Assembly: GCA_963771175.1 (NCBI GenBank)
Contig: CAVYSY010000026.1
Coordinates: forward strand, 576,001 to 640,000
Length of the DNA stretch: 64,000 bases
From: an uncultured delta proteobacterium
GTDB taxonomy: Bacteria; Myxococcota; Myxococcia; Myxococcales; Myxococcaceae
Direction of reading: 5' to 3'
The notes under the pieces are model-generated. The model was not told where the DNA came from, made no database searches, and was given only the letters and a program-made list of their open reading frames with translations. How positions within the stretch are numbered: the first letter of the stretch is position 1; each line of letters begins with the position of its first letter. The position numbers and the translations under genes were made by a program. Below are positions 10,012 through 25,380 of this stretch, piece by piece.

Positions 10012-10611
10012 TCAGGCAACGGACTTCAGCGCGCCCGAGGTGGGACCTTCGATGGCCTGACGTTTACGGGCTCGGATGGAATTGAGGATGCTGATGGCGG
10101 CCTGGGCATCCTGGGTGGTGGCCAGCGGCTCCAGGGTCTCGATGACCTCCGAGAGCAGCCGCGCCTCCTCGGCCTCGCGCTCGCGGATGCGGTCCACGGC
10201 GTTACTGAGGCGGTCGAAGAAGCCGCGCAATTCGTCCTTCTTGCGCAGCGGGCGCATGCGCGGGTAGCGGCCGGCGGCGAGCGTCGAGATGTAGAGGCCC
10301 ATGACGTAGATGGGGCCCGCCACACGGTGGGTGAGGACGAGCCCGAAGAGGGCCATCAGCCCCGCCACGCCCACGGTGCCCAGCCCGGCGAGCCACAGCA
10401 GCGTCTCGCCACTGGCGGCCATCACCTCGGGGGTAGCACCGTCCTCCATCGCGGACTGGTGCGCCCGGTACGCCAGCACCCCCACGAGCAGCGCCCCGCC
10501 TCCTCCGAGCGCGGCGAGCCGGAGGATGTACCGGAGTTGGAAACCGGCATCGAGCAGATATTTCCGGCGCAAGACATGAGGGCGCCGGGAAGGTTGGGTA
10601 TCAACGGACAT
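10012..10611 (-). CDS. Two-TM HAMP-domain membrane protein without an output domain
   Basis: Two TM helices followed by THRVAGP...LRKKDEL (HAMP-like) and a coiled coil. Confidence 0.7.
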   Translation of the reverse strand: MSVDTQPSRRPHVLRRKYLLDAGFQLRYILRLAALGGGGALLVGVLAYRAHQSAMEDGATPEVMAASGETLLWLAGLGTVGVAGLMALFGLVLTHRVAGPIYVMGLYISTLAAGRYPRMRPLRKKDELRGFFDRLSNAVDRIREREAEEARLLSEVIETLEPLATTQDAQAAISILNSIRARKRQAIEGPTSGALKSVA

Positions 10612-10716
10612 GGCGTTGAGCAGCGTACTCCAATCTCCCAAGTCGGTTTGCTCCTTCCGACAGGACGGGTTTAGGACGGAACGCACGTACAACCCGTCAT
10701 GCCCCGGGGGGGCCAC

Positions 10717-12318
10717 ATGTCTCGCCTTCTTTCCGCGTCGAGCCTCGCGCTCGTGCTTCTACTGTCCCTCTCCGGGTGCAAGGTGGACCCGGCCACCCCG
10801 TCCCACTGGGAGAAGACCCTGGGCAAGGCCCGGCGGGCGCAGGACAAGGTCCGGGTGCTGGAGACCCTGCGCAGCTCGGGCCACCTCAACCCGAGCTTCC
10901 TGCCCCTGCTGCACGAGCGGCTGAAGGAGGAGCACAAGCCGGAGGTGAAGGCGGCCCTGGCGCGTGCCCTCGGTGACGTGAAGAGCCCCGACTCGGTGGG
11001 CCCGCTGTCGGACGCGATGGACCTGGGCGCGACGGACTCGGCCGCCAACCTGATGAACAAGGAACTGGCGGCGGCGCTGGGAGAGATTGGAGACGCCAAG
11101 GCGGCCCCGGTGCTGCTGAAGATGCTGAAGGCCCGGGACAACTTCACCCGCATCGAGGCCGTGGACGCGCTGGGGCGGATGCGCGTGACCGACGCGGTGG
11201 AGCCGCTCATCCAGATGGCCACGGACGAGGGGGTGGAGCCCTTCCTGAACAAGAAGGCCATTGAAGCGCTGGGGCGCATCGGGGACGCACGGGCGGTGCC
11301 GGTGCTGGTGCGGATGCTGACGAAGGAGCGCCCGGGGGTGTCCTTCTATGGGGAGAGCGCGTTCTCGCTCTTCCAGATGGGCAAGCCGGCGGCGGACGCG
11401 CTGCTGCCCGCGCTGGAGGGGAAGGACGCGGAGCTGTCGCGCTGGATGAAGCAGAACAAGATCAACCCCGCGAGCTACTCCTTCAAGGCGGCACAGGTGC
11501 TGGGCCAGCTGCGAGAGCACCGGGCGGAGAGCGTGCTGGTGCAGCAGCTCGCCTTCAAGCACGAGGACCCGCGAATCCAGGCCATGGTGCGGATGCGCGC
11601 GGCGGATGCACTCGCGAGGATGCGCTCGGCCGCGGCGGTGAAGCCGCTGACGGCGATGGCGGCCGAGCCGGACGCCACGGTCCGGCAGGCGTACACGTAC
11701 GCGCTGGGGCTGCTGGGCGGGCGCGAGGCGCTGCCAGCCCTGGAGAAGGCGGCGAGCCAGGGGGACTGGTACGCGCGGGAGGCCTCCATCGAGGGCCTGA
11801 CGATGCTGGGGGATGAGCGGGAGCTGCCGGCGCTGGAGGAGCTGATGGCGGCGGAGCCGGCGAGGACGACGTCCGAGTGCCAGGAATATGGAGGCGAGGG
11901 CTGCGGGGACCCGGAGGCGCTGGCGAAGAAGCGGGCGGAGACGATCGCCAAGCACGGCAAGCGGCTGGAGGCGGCGAAGGCGTGCGGGGCGGACGCGGGC
12001 TGCTGGGCGAAGAAGCTGGAGGACGCGGACAAGGGAGTGGTGGAGCGCGCCGCGCTGGAGCTGGGGCGCGGCAGGTCGGCGGCGCACGTGGGAGCGCTGC
12101 TGGCACGGATGACGGAGAGGGACCCGAACGCGAGGCAGGCGCTCATCCTCGGGGTGGAGTGGCTGCTGGAGGACACGAAGGAAGCGGCGAGCCAGGCCCG
12201 GAGCGCGCTGCCCACGCTGGAGAAGCAGCTCTCCGAGGAGAAGGGGCGCACGGAGTTCGTGCTGGTGAACGAGGACCTGCGGCGACTGGTGGCCCGGCTG
12301 CAGCGGCAGAAGACCTGA
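10717..12318 (+). CDS. HEAT-repeat (PBS lyase-like) lipoprotein
   Basis: Lipobox LSGC and repeated ALGxxGDxxAVxxL motifs. Confidence 0.88.
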   Translation: MSRLLSASSLALVLLLSLSGCKVDPATPSHWEKTLGKARRAQDKVRVLETLRSSGHLNPSFLPLLHERLKEEHKPEVKAALARALGDVKSPDSVGPLSDAMDLGATDSAANLMNKELAAALGEIGDAKAAPVLLKMLKARDNFTRIEAVDALGRMRVTDAVEPLIQMATDEGVEPFLNKKAIEALGRIGDARAVPVLVRMLTKERPGVSFYGESAFSLFQMGKPAADALLPALEGKDAELSRWMKQNKINPASYSFKAAQVLGQLREHRAESVLVQQLAFKHEDPRIQAMVRMRAADALARMRSAAAVKPLTAMAAEPDATVRQAYTYALGLLGGREALPALEKAASQGDWYAREASIEGLTMLGDERELPALEELMAAEPARTTSECQEYGGEGCGDPEALAKKRAETIAKHGKRLEAAKACGADAGCWAKKLEDADKGVVERAALELGRGRSAAHVGALLARMTERDPNARQALILGVEWLLEDTKEAASQARSALPTLEKQLSEEKGRTEFVLVNEDLRRLVARLQRQKT

Positions 12319-12346
12319 GAGGGATTGCGCTCGGAGGACAACGCCT

Positions 12347-12415
12347 CTCACTTCTGGACGTCCAGAAGCATCACACATACACCCACCTCACTTCTGGACG
12401 TCCAGAAGTGAGGTG
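12347..12415. repeat. Two copies of the 22-bp unit CTCACTTCTGGACGTCCAGAAG (40-bp period); the second copy lies within a perfect 32-bp palindrome
   Basis: Units at 12347-12368 and 12387-12408. 12384-12415 (CACCTCACTTCTGGAC|GTCCAGAAGTGAGGTG) is self-complementary. Located between convergent genes. Confidence 0.9.
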
Positions 12416-12418
12416 CCG

Positions 12419-13834
12419 TCAGCCCACCTTGCGCACGGGAGGCTCGTCCCCGCCCGAGCCCTCCTCGTCGGGATTCATGGGCGCGGGCTCGTCCTGGAAC
12501 GAGCTGGGCAGCAGGTTGAAGGGCAGCACCTTCGCCAGGGCCACCAGCAGCAGCAACCCTCCGGGCGCCGCGAAGATGGCGAGCGCCGGAATCGCCTTCG
12601 CCACGTCGATGCAGCTGCGCGCGCATGCGCTGGCGCTCTTCGGCGGTGAGCGGCTGCCTGCGCGCGGCCTTGGTGAGCAGGACGGTACAGCTCGCCCGTC
12701 TCCCGGACCTCCTGCATGAGGCGGTGGAAGTTGCTGCTCCATCGCGTCCTGCATGCTGGACACGAGGTCCTCGCCCATCAGGTCCGCGGCGGACGAGACG
12801 GTGAAGACGTCCACCACCGAGCGGTTCTTCGCGTAGAACTCGGCGACCTCCAGCTCCAGCTGGTGCACGATCGCTCGTCGGGCACCCGGAGCGCCCGGGC
12901 GAGGTGCTCGATGAAGGCCCGCTCGCCCCGCGAGCGCCGGCCATCCACCAGCGAGGCCAGCAGCGTCTGCTCCAGGATGAAGCGCCGCAGGTCCACGCTG
13001 CGCACGTCCTTCACCACCTCGCGCAAGGGACGGCGGCGCTCGAAGGACTGCTTCACGGCGGCGCGCAGCTCGTCCTCCAGCGCGTCCGGCAAGCCCGAGG
13101 TCCTCCACCTGCCGGAGAATCGCGCGGCGAGCGGAGAAGCTGGGCTGCGCGGTCCACGCAGGCCAGGCCCGCGAGCACCTCCACCAGCAGCGCCTTCTGC
13201 CGGGCCGCGAAGTCGACGCGGCGCCGGGCCATGTCGCGGCGCAGCCCGCCTCGCGCGAAGCAGTCGCAGTCGCCTGCCGGCCGAACATGTGCGCGTCGGC
13301 GTAGAGCGCCCCGTTGTGCAGCACCAGCCCGTAGGCAGGGTCTCCCGCCAGCGAGATGGCGCGGCGCTCCAGCGCGTCCTCCACCCGGCCCCACAGCTTC
13401 CGCGGAGCCTCGTGCCCCTGGCGCAGCTTCTCCTCGATGGCCTGGGCCTCGTCGAGCTGGCCGGTGAGGACGGCGAAGAGGAGCAGGAGCTGCTCGCGGC
13501 GGGGACCCGGGGGCGCCCCGGCCAGGTGCGCGATGTCCAGGGCCATGCGCGCCAGGGTGCGCACCACGGCGCGGAAGAGCAGCTCTTCGGGAGCCCCCAT
13601 CCCGGTGGTCTCGGAGGCCACGCCCTGAGCGAGCCGCCCTCGCCCATCCTCCGCGGGAGTCCCGTAGAGCAGGCCGCTGGCGCGCAGCATCCGGCGCAGG
13701 TACGCGCGGGCGCGGGCCCGGCCGGAGCAGGACTCGGGGAGGCCCGGAGGCACCACGGGGTCCGGCGCGCGCTCATGAGCCGCCACCGCCTCCTCGAGCA
13801 ACGAGGAGAGCCAACCCGCCTTGCCTAAGTCCAT
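12419..13834 (-). CDS. Protein with a LETM1-like C-terminal domain; several frameshifts
   Basis: C-terminal DVAKAIPALAIFAAPGG...LLPSSF resembles bacterial LETM1-related proteins. Confidence 0.65.
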   Translation of the reverse strand: MDLGKAGWLSSLLEEAVAAHERAPDPVVPPGLPESCSGRARARAYLRRMLRASGLLYGTPAEDGRGRLAQGVASETTGMGAPEELLFRAVVRTLARMALDIAHLAGAPPGPRREQLLLLFAVLTGQLDEAQAIEEKLRQGHEAPRKLWGRVEDALERRAISLAGDPAYGLVLHNGALYADAHMFGRQATATASREAGCAATWPGAASTSRPGRRRCWWRCSRAWPAWTAQPSFSARRAILRQVEDLGLAGRAGGRAARRREAVLRAPPSLARGGEGRAQRGPAALHPGADAAGLAGGWPALAGRAGLHRAPRPGAPGARRAIVHQLELEVAEFYAKNRSVVDVFTVSSAADLMGEDLVSSMQDAMEQQLPPPHAGGPGDGRAVPSCSPRPRAGSRSPPKSASACARSCIDVAKAIPALAIFAAPGGLLLLVALAKVLPFNLLPSSFQDEPAPMNPDEEGSGGDEPPVRKVG

Positions 13835-13980
13835 CGGAAATACACCCCAGGTGCCACACCGGACGGCGGTCCGGAAATAGCCCAGTTGCCGCCCCGGCGC
13901 CACCGGCCCCCTCACTCGCGGGAGGGGCCGGTGCGGGCGTCCAGAACCGGCGCTTCTGGCCGGCCCCGGACGGATGAGGT

Positions 13981-14805
13981 CTACAGCGCGGTGGCCTTGC
14001 CAGGCTCCAGCGCCTTCACCTTCGCCGGGCTCTTCGCCTTCTTCAGCTCGGCCTCGACCTTGTCGGGCGAGCCGGTCGAGCAGCGGGAAGGTGCCGTAGT
14101 GCATGGGCACCACGGTGGGATCGCCGAGCAGCCGGGCGGCCTGGGCGGCGCCGGTGGGGTCCAGGGTGAAGTGGCCGCCCACGGGCAGCAGGGCGTAGGT
14201 GGGCTTGAAGCGCTCGCCGATGAGGTTCATCCCGCCGAACAGGCCGGTGTCACCACCGTGGTACAGGGTGGGGCCGTTGTCGATCTGGATGACGAAGCCC
14301 ATGGGCGCGCCCGCGTACTGGGCCGGGGCTCTTGTCGTCCGCGGCGTAGCTGCTGGAGTGCACGGCCTCCACGAGGTGGATGGTGGCGTCCTTCACCTTG
14401 AAAGCGCCGCCAACGTTGCCGCCCATCGCCTTGTCCTGGGGCACGCCCAGGAGGTTGATGAGCTCGAAGCAGCCGTACACCTGGGCGCCCGTCTTCTGCT
14501 GCCAGCGCCTTGGCGTCACCCACGTGGTCGAAGTGCCCGTGGGTGACGAGGATGGCGTCCACCTGCTCCGGCCACTGCATGTCCTTGGGCGCCTTGGGGC
14601 TGGTCAGCCAGGGGTCGATGACAATCGTGGCCCCGCCCGGGGTACGGAGGACGAAGGCCGCGTGGCCCCACCAGGTGAGCTCCGCCTTTCCGGCCGTGGC
14701 GGAGGCCTCCTTTTTGGCGGCCCCCTTACCGGGGGGCTGTGCACCCGCCGTGCCCGCCAGCGTCAGGAGCGCTCCCACCATCAGTCCTGCGAACCGGGTC
14801 TTCAT
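13981..14805 (-). CDS. Secreted metallo-beta-lactamase-fold metal-dependent hydrolase (UPF0173-like); frameshifts
   Basis: Signal peptide, WWGHA, THGHFDH, HGGDTG and PMHYGTF motifs. Confidence 0.88.
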
Positions 14806-14989
14806 TGCGTGCTCCTCCTCGAAAAGACTGGTGTCCCGCGGTGCCACCGAGGCCCCCCGCGGTCGAGGGGCCGCTTATTCGGCGAGCGGACAATCGTCCA
14901 GAGGCAAATCCGGCCGTACACGGCGAGGTGGACAGATGGAGGGGGGGAGGCGTACGGGTCGCGACGTATACGCTAGGGTCAGGCGGCGC

Positions 14990-16826
14990 GTGGATCATCG
15001 ATTCCAGGTCAATCTCCGGGGGGTCATCGACCTCCTGTCCCATCACCTCTACAGCACGCCCGGCGTGTTCGTGCGCGAGCTGCTTGCAGAACGCCACGGA
15101 CGCCATCCGCGCCCGGCGACACCTGGAGCCCGACCACCGGGGCACGGTGCGGGTGGAGCTCATCGAGAAGCAGGACGGGGGACTGCCCACCCTGCTCTTC
15201 AGCGACGACGGCGTGGGGCTGACGGAGGAGGAGATCCACCGCTTCCTGGCCACCATCGGCGAGAGCTCCAAGCGCGAGACGCTGGAGGCGCGCCGCAACG
15301 ACTTCATCGGCCAGTTCGGCATCGGCCTGCTGTCCTGCTTCATGGTGTGCGACGAGCTGCTGGTGGTGACGCGCTCGGCGAAGGGCGACGGCGGCACCAT
15401 GGAGTGGCGGGGCCGGCATGACGGCACGTACGCGGTGCGGCGCCTCCGAGCACCCGCTGGAGCGGCCGGGCACCCAGGTCTTCCTCGTCGCCCGCGCGGA
15501 CGCCGCCGAGTGACTTCACCGCCGAGCGGGTGCGGCAGCTCGCGGCGCACTACGGCGGCCTGCTGCCCTTCCCCGTCCACCTCACCGCCGACGGGCGGCA
15601 CCGAGCACCTCAACCCGGACCCGCCGCCCTGGCGCCGCGAGTACGCGAGCGCGGCGGAGCGTCGAGCGGCGCTGCTGGCCTACGGGCGCGAGGTGTTCGA
15701 CACGGAGTTCGTGGACTGCATCCCCCTGCGCGCCGAGGCGGGCCAGGTGGAGGGGGTGGCCTTCGTGCTGCCCTTCTCGCCGCACTTCAACGCGCGCCAG
15801 AAGCACCGCGTGTACCTCAAGGACATGCTGCTGTCCGAGAGCGCGGAGAACCTGCTCCCCGAGTGGGCCTTCTTCGTCAAGTGCGTGGTGAATGCCCAGG
15901 GCCTGCGCCCCACCGCCAGCCGCGAGGCCTTCTACGAGGACGCCACCCTGGCGCGCGCCCGCGAGTCGCTCGGGCAGTCGCTGCGCCAGTACCTGGTGGA
16001 CCTCGCCACGAACGACCCGCGCACCCTGCAGCGGCTCATCGCCCTGCACGGCCTGTCGGTGAAGTCGCTCGCGCTGGATGATGATGACTTCTTCCGGCTC
16101 GTCATCCACTGGCTGCCCTTCGAGACGACGCTCGGGATGATGACGCTGGGGCACTACCGCGCGCACGTACCCCACGGTGCGCTACGTCTCCGACCTGGAC
16201 GCCTTCCGGCAGGTGGCGCGCGTGGCGGCGGCCCAGGGGCTGTGCATCATCAACGGGGCCTACACGCACGACACGGCGCTGCTGGAGAAGCTGCCGCGCG
16301 TGCTGCCGGACACGCGGGTGGAGCTCTTCTCCGCGTCGGAGCTGCCCCAGCGCTTCGAGGAGCTGACGGCGGAGGAGCGCGAGGCGGTGCCGCGCTGCGG
16401 CAGGTGGCCGAGGCGGCGCTCGCAGCCGTTCGGCTGCGAGGTCGTCCCTCAAGAAGTTCCTCCCGGTCGAGGTGCCCACGCTCTTCGGGGACGTGGACGA
16501 CGGGGCCTTCCGGCGGGACGTGGAGCGCGCCCGCGAGGAGACGGACGCGCTGTACGCCTCGGTGCTGGAGGGCGCCCTGGCCGAGTCCCGCGAGGAGGAG
16601 CGGCCGCAGCTCTGCTTCAACTTCCTCAACCCGGTGGTGCGCCGGCTGGCGCGGGTGAGGGACATCTCGCGCTGCTCAAGCTGTCGGTGGAGATGCTGTA
16701 CGTGCAGGCGCTGCTGCTGGGGCACCGCCCGCTGAACGCGCGGGAGATGGCGCTGCTGAACCGGGGCCTGCTGGGCCTCATCGCGGCGCGCCTGGACGAC
16801 GACGAAGGCACAGGGGCGTGCATTGA
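14990..16826 (+). CDS. HSP90-family (atypical HtpG-like) GHKL ATPase; several frameshifts
   Basis: FQVNLRGVIDLLSHHLYS, RELxQNATDAI, DDGVGLT, IGQFGIGLLSCF and LRPTASREAFYED. Confidence 0.88.
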
Positions 16827-17957
16827 GCGCGAGCGAGGACTGGCGCGAGCAGGTGCGAGGTCCTGCTCGGGCGCGCGTCGCGGCTGGAGCCGGCGAGGCC
16901 AAGGTGATGGCCCTGGAGGAAGCGGCGCGGCTGGCGGATCGCGCACTGCGACGTGCCGCTCGCCTTCGAGGTGCGGGACGCGCTCATCGACGCGGCCACC
17001 TTCGGCGGCTTTCCGGACAAGGCGCTGGTGGCCTTCGCGTGGTGCCGGGGACAGCAGCAGAAGGACCCGGAGCGCCTTCGCCCTGGAGCCGCTGCTGTGG
17101 AAGCAGAAGTGGGTGGTGGGCCGGCTGGACGAGTTCCCCCACATCAGCCGCAAGCAGATTGAAGACGCGCTGGACGACGTGGAGCAGTGCTTCGCCAGGG
17201 CGGGCGCGGGGCGGCGGGCGGTGCTGAAGCTGCGCTACCAGGCCGCGCGGGACATGGGGGACGAGGCCGAGGCGGCGGCGTCTGGGCGCAGTGGGTGGAG
17301 GCGCCGCGAGACCACCTCACGGACTGCCGCGCGTGCGAGCTGGATGACGAGCTGGACCACCACATCGACCGCGGGCGAGTACGCGGCGGTGCTGGAGAAG
17401 GCGCGGCCCCTCCTGGAGGGCCGGAGCGCGTGCGCGGAGGTGCCGCACCTGACGCTGGGCAGCGTGCTCTACCCGCTCTTCAAGCTGGGCCGGCTGGAGC
17501 AGGCGCGCGACAGCCACCTGCGCGGCTATGCCCTGGTGCAACGCAACCGGGAGTTCCTCGCCACGGTGGGCGAGCACCTGGAGTTCCTCGGCCTGACGGG
17601 GAACGTGGCGCGGGGGTTGGTGCTCTTCGAGCGCCACGTGGGATGGGCGCTGGAGCACGCGAGCCACCGGGACCGCTTCACCTTCTACACGGCCGCGCTC
17701 TCCCTGATGGAGCGGGCACTGACGGAGCAGCGGGAACGGGTGGAGCTTCGCTGCCTCGCGGCTTCGCGCTGTACTCGCCCGAGGGCACCTACGAGACGCG
17801 GGCCCTGCGCGGCTGGCTGGCCGCGCAGGCCGAGGGCATCGGGGCGAAGTTCGACGCGCGCAACGGGACGGACCGCTTCCTCCGGCTCCTCACCCGAGCG
17901 AAGCAGCTCGGAGACGAAGCGGTCTCCTTCCCCATCGACGCCCCCCCGCCCTCCTGA
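16823..17957 (+). CDS. Helical/TPR-like protein with Cys motifs, translationally coupled to the HSP90-like gene; frameshifts
   Basis: Start overlaps the upstream stop. DCRACE and CAEVPH motifs. C-terminal FDARNGT. Confidence 0.7.
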
Positions 17958-17960
17958 GCG

Positions 17961-18959
17961 CTACGGCCGCTTCTCGGGGCTCGCCGTCAGGGCCGGGTCC
18001 CTCTCGACGACGGGGCCCAGAATCTCGTCGATGCGGCGCATCAGCTCCGGGCTCAGCTTCACGCCCGCGGCCTTGACGTTCTCCTTCACCTGCTCGGGCC
18101 TCGAGGCGCCGATGATGGCCGAGGCCACGTTCGGGTTCTGGAGCACCCAGGCCACGGCGAGCTGCGCCAGGGACAGCTTCACCTCGTCCGCCACGGGCTT
18201 GAGCTGCTGCACGCGCGTGAGGACGTCGTCCGTCATGAAGCGCTGGATGAAGCGCGCGCCGCCCTTCTCGTCCGTGGCGCGGCTGCCCGCCGGCGGCTTC
18301 TCGCCCGGCAGGTACTTGCCGGTGAGCACGCCCTGCGCGATGGGCGACCAGACGATCTGCCCCACGCCCAGCTCCCGCGAGGTGGGGATGACCTTGCCCT
18401 CGATGATCCGCCACAGCATGGAGTACTGCGGCTGGCTGGAGATGAGCTGGAAGCCCATCTGCCTCGCCAGCGTCACGCCCGCGCGGAGCTGCTCGGCCGT
18501 CCACTCGGATACGCCGATGTAGAGCGCCTTGCCCTGGCGGACGACGTCGGCGAAGGCCTGCATCGTCTCCTCGAGCGGCGTCTCGAAGTCGTAGCGGTGC
18601 GCCTGGTACAGGTCCACGTAGTCCGTCTTCAGCCGCCGCAGCGAGCCGTTGATGGACTCCAGGATGTGCTTGCGCGACAGGCCGCGGTCATTGGGCCCGG
18701 GACCGGTCGGCCAGTACACCTTGGTGAAGATCTCCAGGCCCTCGCGCCGCTGGCCCTGCAGCGCGCGCCCGAGCACCTCCTCGGCGCGCGTGCCGGCGTA
18801 GACGTCGGCGGTATCGAAGGTGGTGATGCCCTCGTCGAGCGCGGCGCGCACGCAGGCGAGCGCCGCCGCCTCCTCGACCTGGGAGCCATGGGTCAGCCAG
18901 TTCCCGTAGGAAATCTCACTGACCATGAGACCGCTGCTGCCGAGATGTCGGAAGTTCAT
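17961..18959 (-). CDS. Aldo/keto reductase
   Basis: FDTADVY, TKVYW, DYVDLYQAH, WSPIAQG and IIGAS motifs. Confidence 0.93.
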   Translation of the reverse strand: MNFRHLGSSGLMVSEISYGNWLTHGSQVEEAAALACVRAALDEGITTFDTADVYAGTRAEEVLGRALQGQRREGLEIFTKVYWPTGPGPNDRGLSRKHILESINGSLRRLKTDYVDLYQAHRYDFETPLEETMQAFADVVRQGKALYIGVSEWTAEQLRAGVTLARQMGFQLISSQPQYSMLWRIIEGKVIPTSRELGVGQIVWSPIAQGVLTGKYLPGEKPPAGSRATDEKGGARFIQRFMTDDVLTRVQQLKPVADEVKLSLAQLAVAWVLQNPNVASAIIGASRPEQVKENVKAAGVKLSPELMRRIDEILGPVVERDPALTASPEKRP

Positions 18960-19005
18960 GCGCGCAGACTTAACCCGCCGCACGGACCGGCACCATCGGA
19001 ACGCG

Positions 19006-20571
19006 TCAACCCTCCGCCAGTGGACGCGCCGGGAGCGAGACGGTGAACACCGTCCCCTGGCCGGGCACGCTGCTCACCGAGATGTCCCCTCCAAAGCGCC
19101 GCACGATGTTGCGACTGATGGACAGACCCAGCCCCGTGCCCGTCGAGCCCTTCGTGGTGAAGAAGGGCTGGAAGAGCCGGTGCAGGCGCTCGGGCGGGAT
19201 TCCGGGTCCCGTGTCGCCGACCTCGATGACGGCCCGGTCCTCCTCACGGCGCGCGGTGATGCGGATCTCCTTGCGCGCGCCCTCCCAGTCCGCGAGCGCC
19301 TGCGCCGCGTTGACCAGCAGGTTGACGAAGACCTGCGAGACGGGTCCCGGGTTCCCCCGCACCTGGAGTCCCTCGGCGAGCACGGCCTCGACACGCGCCC
19401 GCTGCGACGTCTCGATCCGGGCGATGCGGAGCGCCGAGCGGATGGCCTCGTTCAGGTCGAACCAGCCTCCGGCCTCGTCGTCCGTACGCGCCAGCGCGCG
19501 CATGTCGCGGACGATGTCGCTGATGCGGTGGGCGCCCTCTCGTGCGTCCAGGATGGCCTGCTCCAGCTCGTCCAGGTCCACCTTCGCGCCCTGGCGCAGC
19601 GCCGCCAGTTGCTCCCGGACGTAGCCGAGGTTGCTGATGACGTAGGCCGTCGGGTTGTTGATTTCATGTCCGATGCCGGCCGCCACCTGCCCCAGCGTCG
19701 CGAGCTGCTCGGAGGCCGCGAGCTGGCATGCCAGGCGCCCGTTCTCCAGCGCGAGCACCACGTGGCTCGAGAGCACCGCCACGCGGTCCAGGTCCCTCTT
19801 GCCGAAGATGCGCTGGACGCTCCTGCGCAACAGGCAGAGCACCCCGAGCACCTGCTCCTCCACGGCCAGGGGATAGAGGATGGCCGACGCCTTCCCCAGT
19901 CCCGGGGCATCGCCGAGCCGCCGATCCATGAGCCCGGGGCCGATGAGGGCCGGGGTCCGATCCTCGGGCAGCGCCTGGACCACCCGCTCGGAGAGCTCCC
20001 GCAGCAGGGTCCCCTCGGACTCGGAGACGAGGCCGCACGCGTGCGCCACCTGGAGCCGCCCCTGGGCGTCGGGGATCGCGAGCACCACCGCGTCCGAGCT
20101 CATCAGCCGCTGGCTCCCCTCCACGATGGCCTGGGGAATGCGCGCGAACTCGCTCGTCGCGAAGAAGGACTGGCTCGCCCGCACCAGGTCCGCCGACACG
20201 TTGAGGCGATGGCGGTCGAGCGCGCGCGCGACGCAGGAGTACATCTCGTGGATGTCGAACGGCTTGCGGATGAGGTCGAACGCGCCGGCCCTCATGCACT
20301 CGATGGCCAGCTCGACCTCGGCATAGCCGGTGGCGACGATGACCTCGGTGCCCGGATGGACCTGCTTCACCTCGCGCAGCAGCTCGAGCCCGCTCATGAA
20401 CGGCATCTGGACGTCGGTGATGATGATGCCGGGCGGGGACTCCTGCAGGAGCCGCAAGGCGGCCTGACCGTCGGCGGCCTCGGTGATGCTGTATCCCTCC
20501 TGCTCCAACTGGTAGCGAAGGAGCAGGCGCATGTCCCGCTCATCGTCCACGACGAGGATGTGCTCAGGCAT
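19006..20571 (-). CDS. Hybrid kinase, REC-GAF-HisKA-HATPase
   Basis: ILVVDDE and TDVQMP receiver motifs, HEINNP H-box, FFTTK and GTGLGL. Confidence 0.93.
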   Translation of the reverse strand: MPEHILVVDDERDMRLLLRYQLEQEGYSITEAADGQAALRLLQESPPGIIITDVQMPFMSGLELLREVKQVHPGTEVIVATGYAEVELAIECMRAGAFDLIRKPFDIHEMYSCVARALDRHRLNVSADLVRASQSFFATSEFARIPQAIVEGSQRLMSSDAVVLAIPDAQGRLQVAHACGLVSESEGTLLRELSERVVQALPEDRTPALIGPGLMDRRLGDAPGLGKASAILYPLAVEEQVLGVLCLLRRSVQRIFGKRDLDRVAVLSSHVVLALENGRLACQLAASEQLATLGQVAAGIGHEINNPTAYVISNLGYVREQLAALRQGAKVDLDELEQAILDAREGAHRISDIVRDMRALARTDDEAGGWFDLNEAIRSALRIARIETSQRARVEAVLAEGLQVRGNPGPVSQVFVNLLVNAAQALADWEGARKEIRITARREEDRAVIEVGDTGPGIPPERLHRLFQPFFTTKGSTGTGLGLSISRNIVRRFGGDISVSSVPGQGTVFTVSLPARPLAEG

Positions 20572-20640
20572 GGGTGGCTTCCAGGTCGATGAAGGGATGG
20601 AGGCGGGTGAGGCTCCGCCGCGGGGGACGAGGACAGGGTC

Positions 20641-22803
<2,163 letters not shown>

Positions 22804-22965
22804 GGCGGTGTCCTGCGTTGGGACAGGGCTGGCGGAGATCGTCTCACGGGTCCCCCGGAAAAGCCTGGGTACCCAGAATATATCGAGCGTGTTCCCGAGG
22901 GGAGAGGGCCCCGGGATTGTCGCACGGACAACGAGCCTGCCCTCTCGCTGTCCGGGAGAGCCTTC

Positions 22966-25290
<2,325 letters not shown>

Positions 25291-25380
25291 GGCGACACAA
25301 ACCCTACACCATCCCACACAAGATTGCGAGGGGGCGGACGAGGGGGCCGGCAGCGAGTGGGCCGCCAGCCCCCCGAGGCC

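Noticed and set aside
12347..12415. Mini CRISPR array
   Set aside because: Only two 22-bp units with an 18-nt spacer, and no cas genes or leader in the window.
22865..22876. 12-bp palindrome CTGGGTACCCAG upstream of the sensor kinase
   Set aside because: A single short palindrome that could arise by chance in 64 kb.
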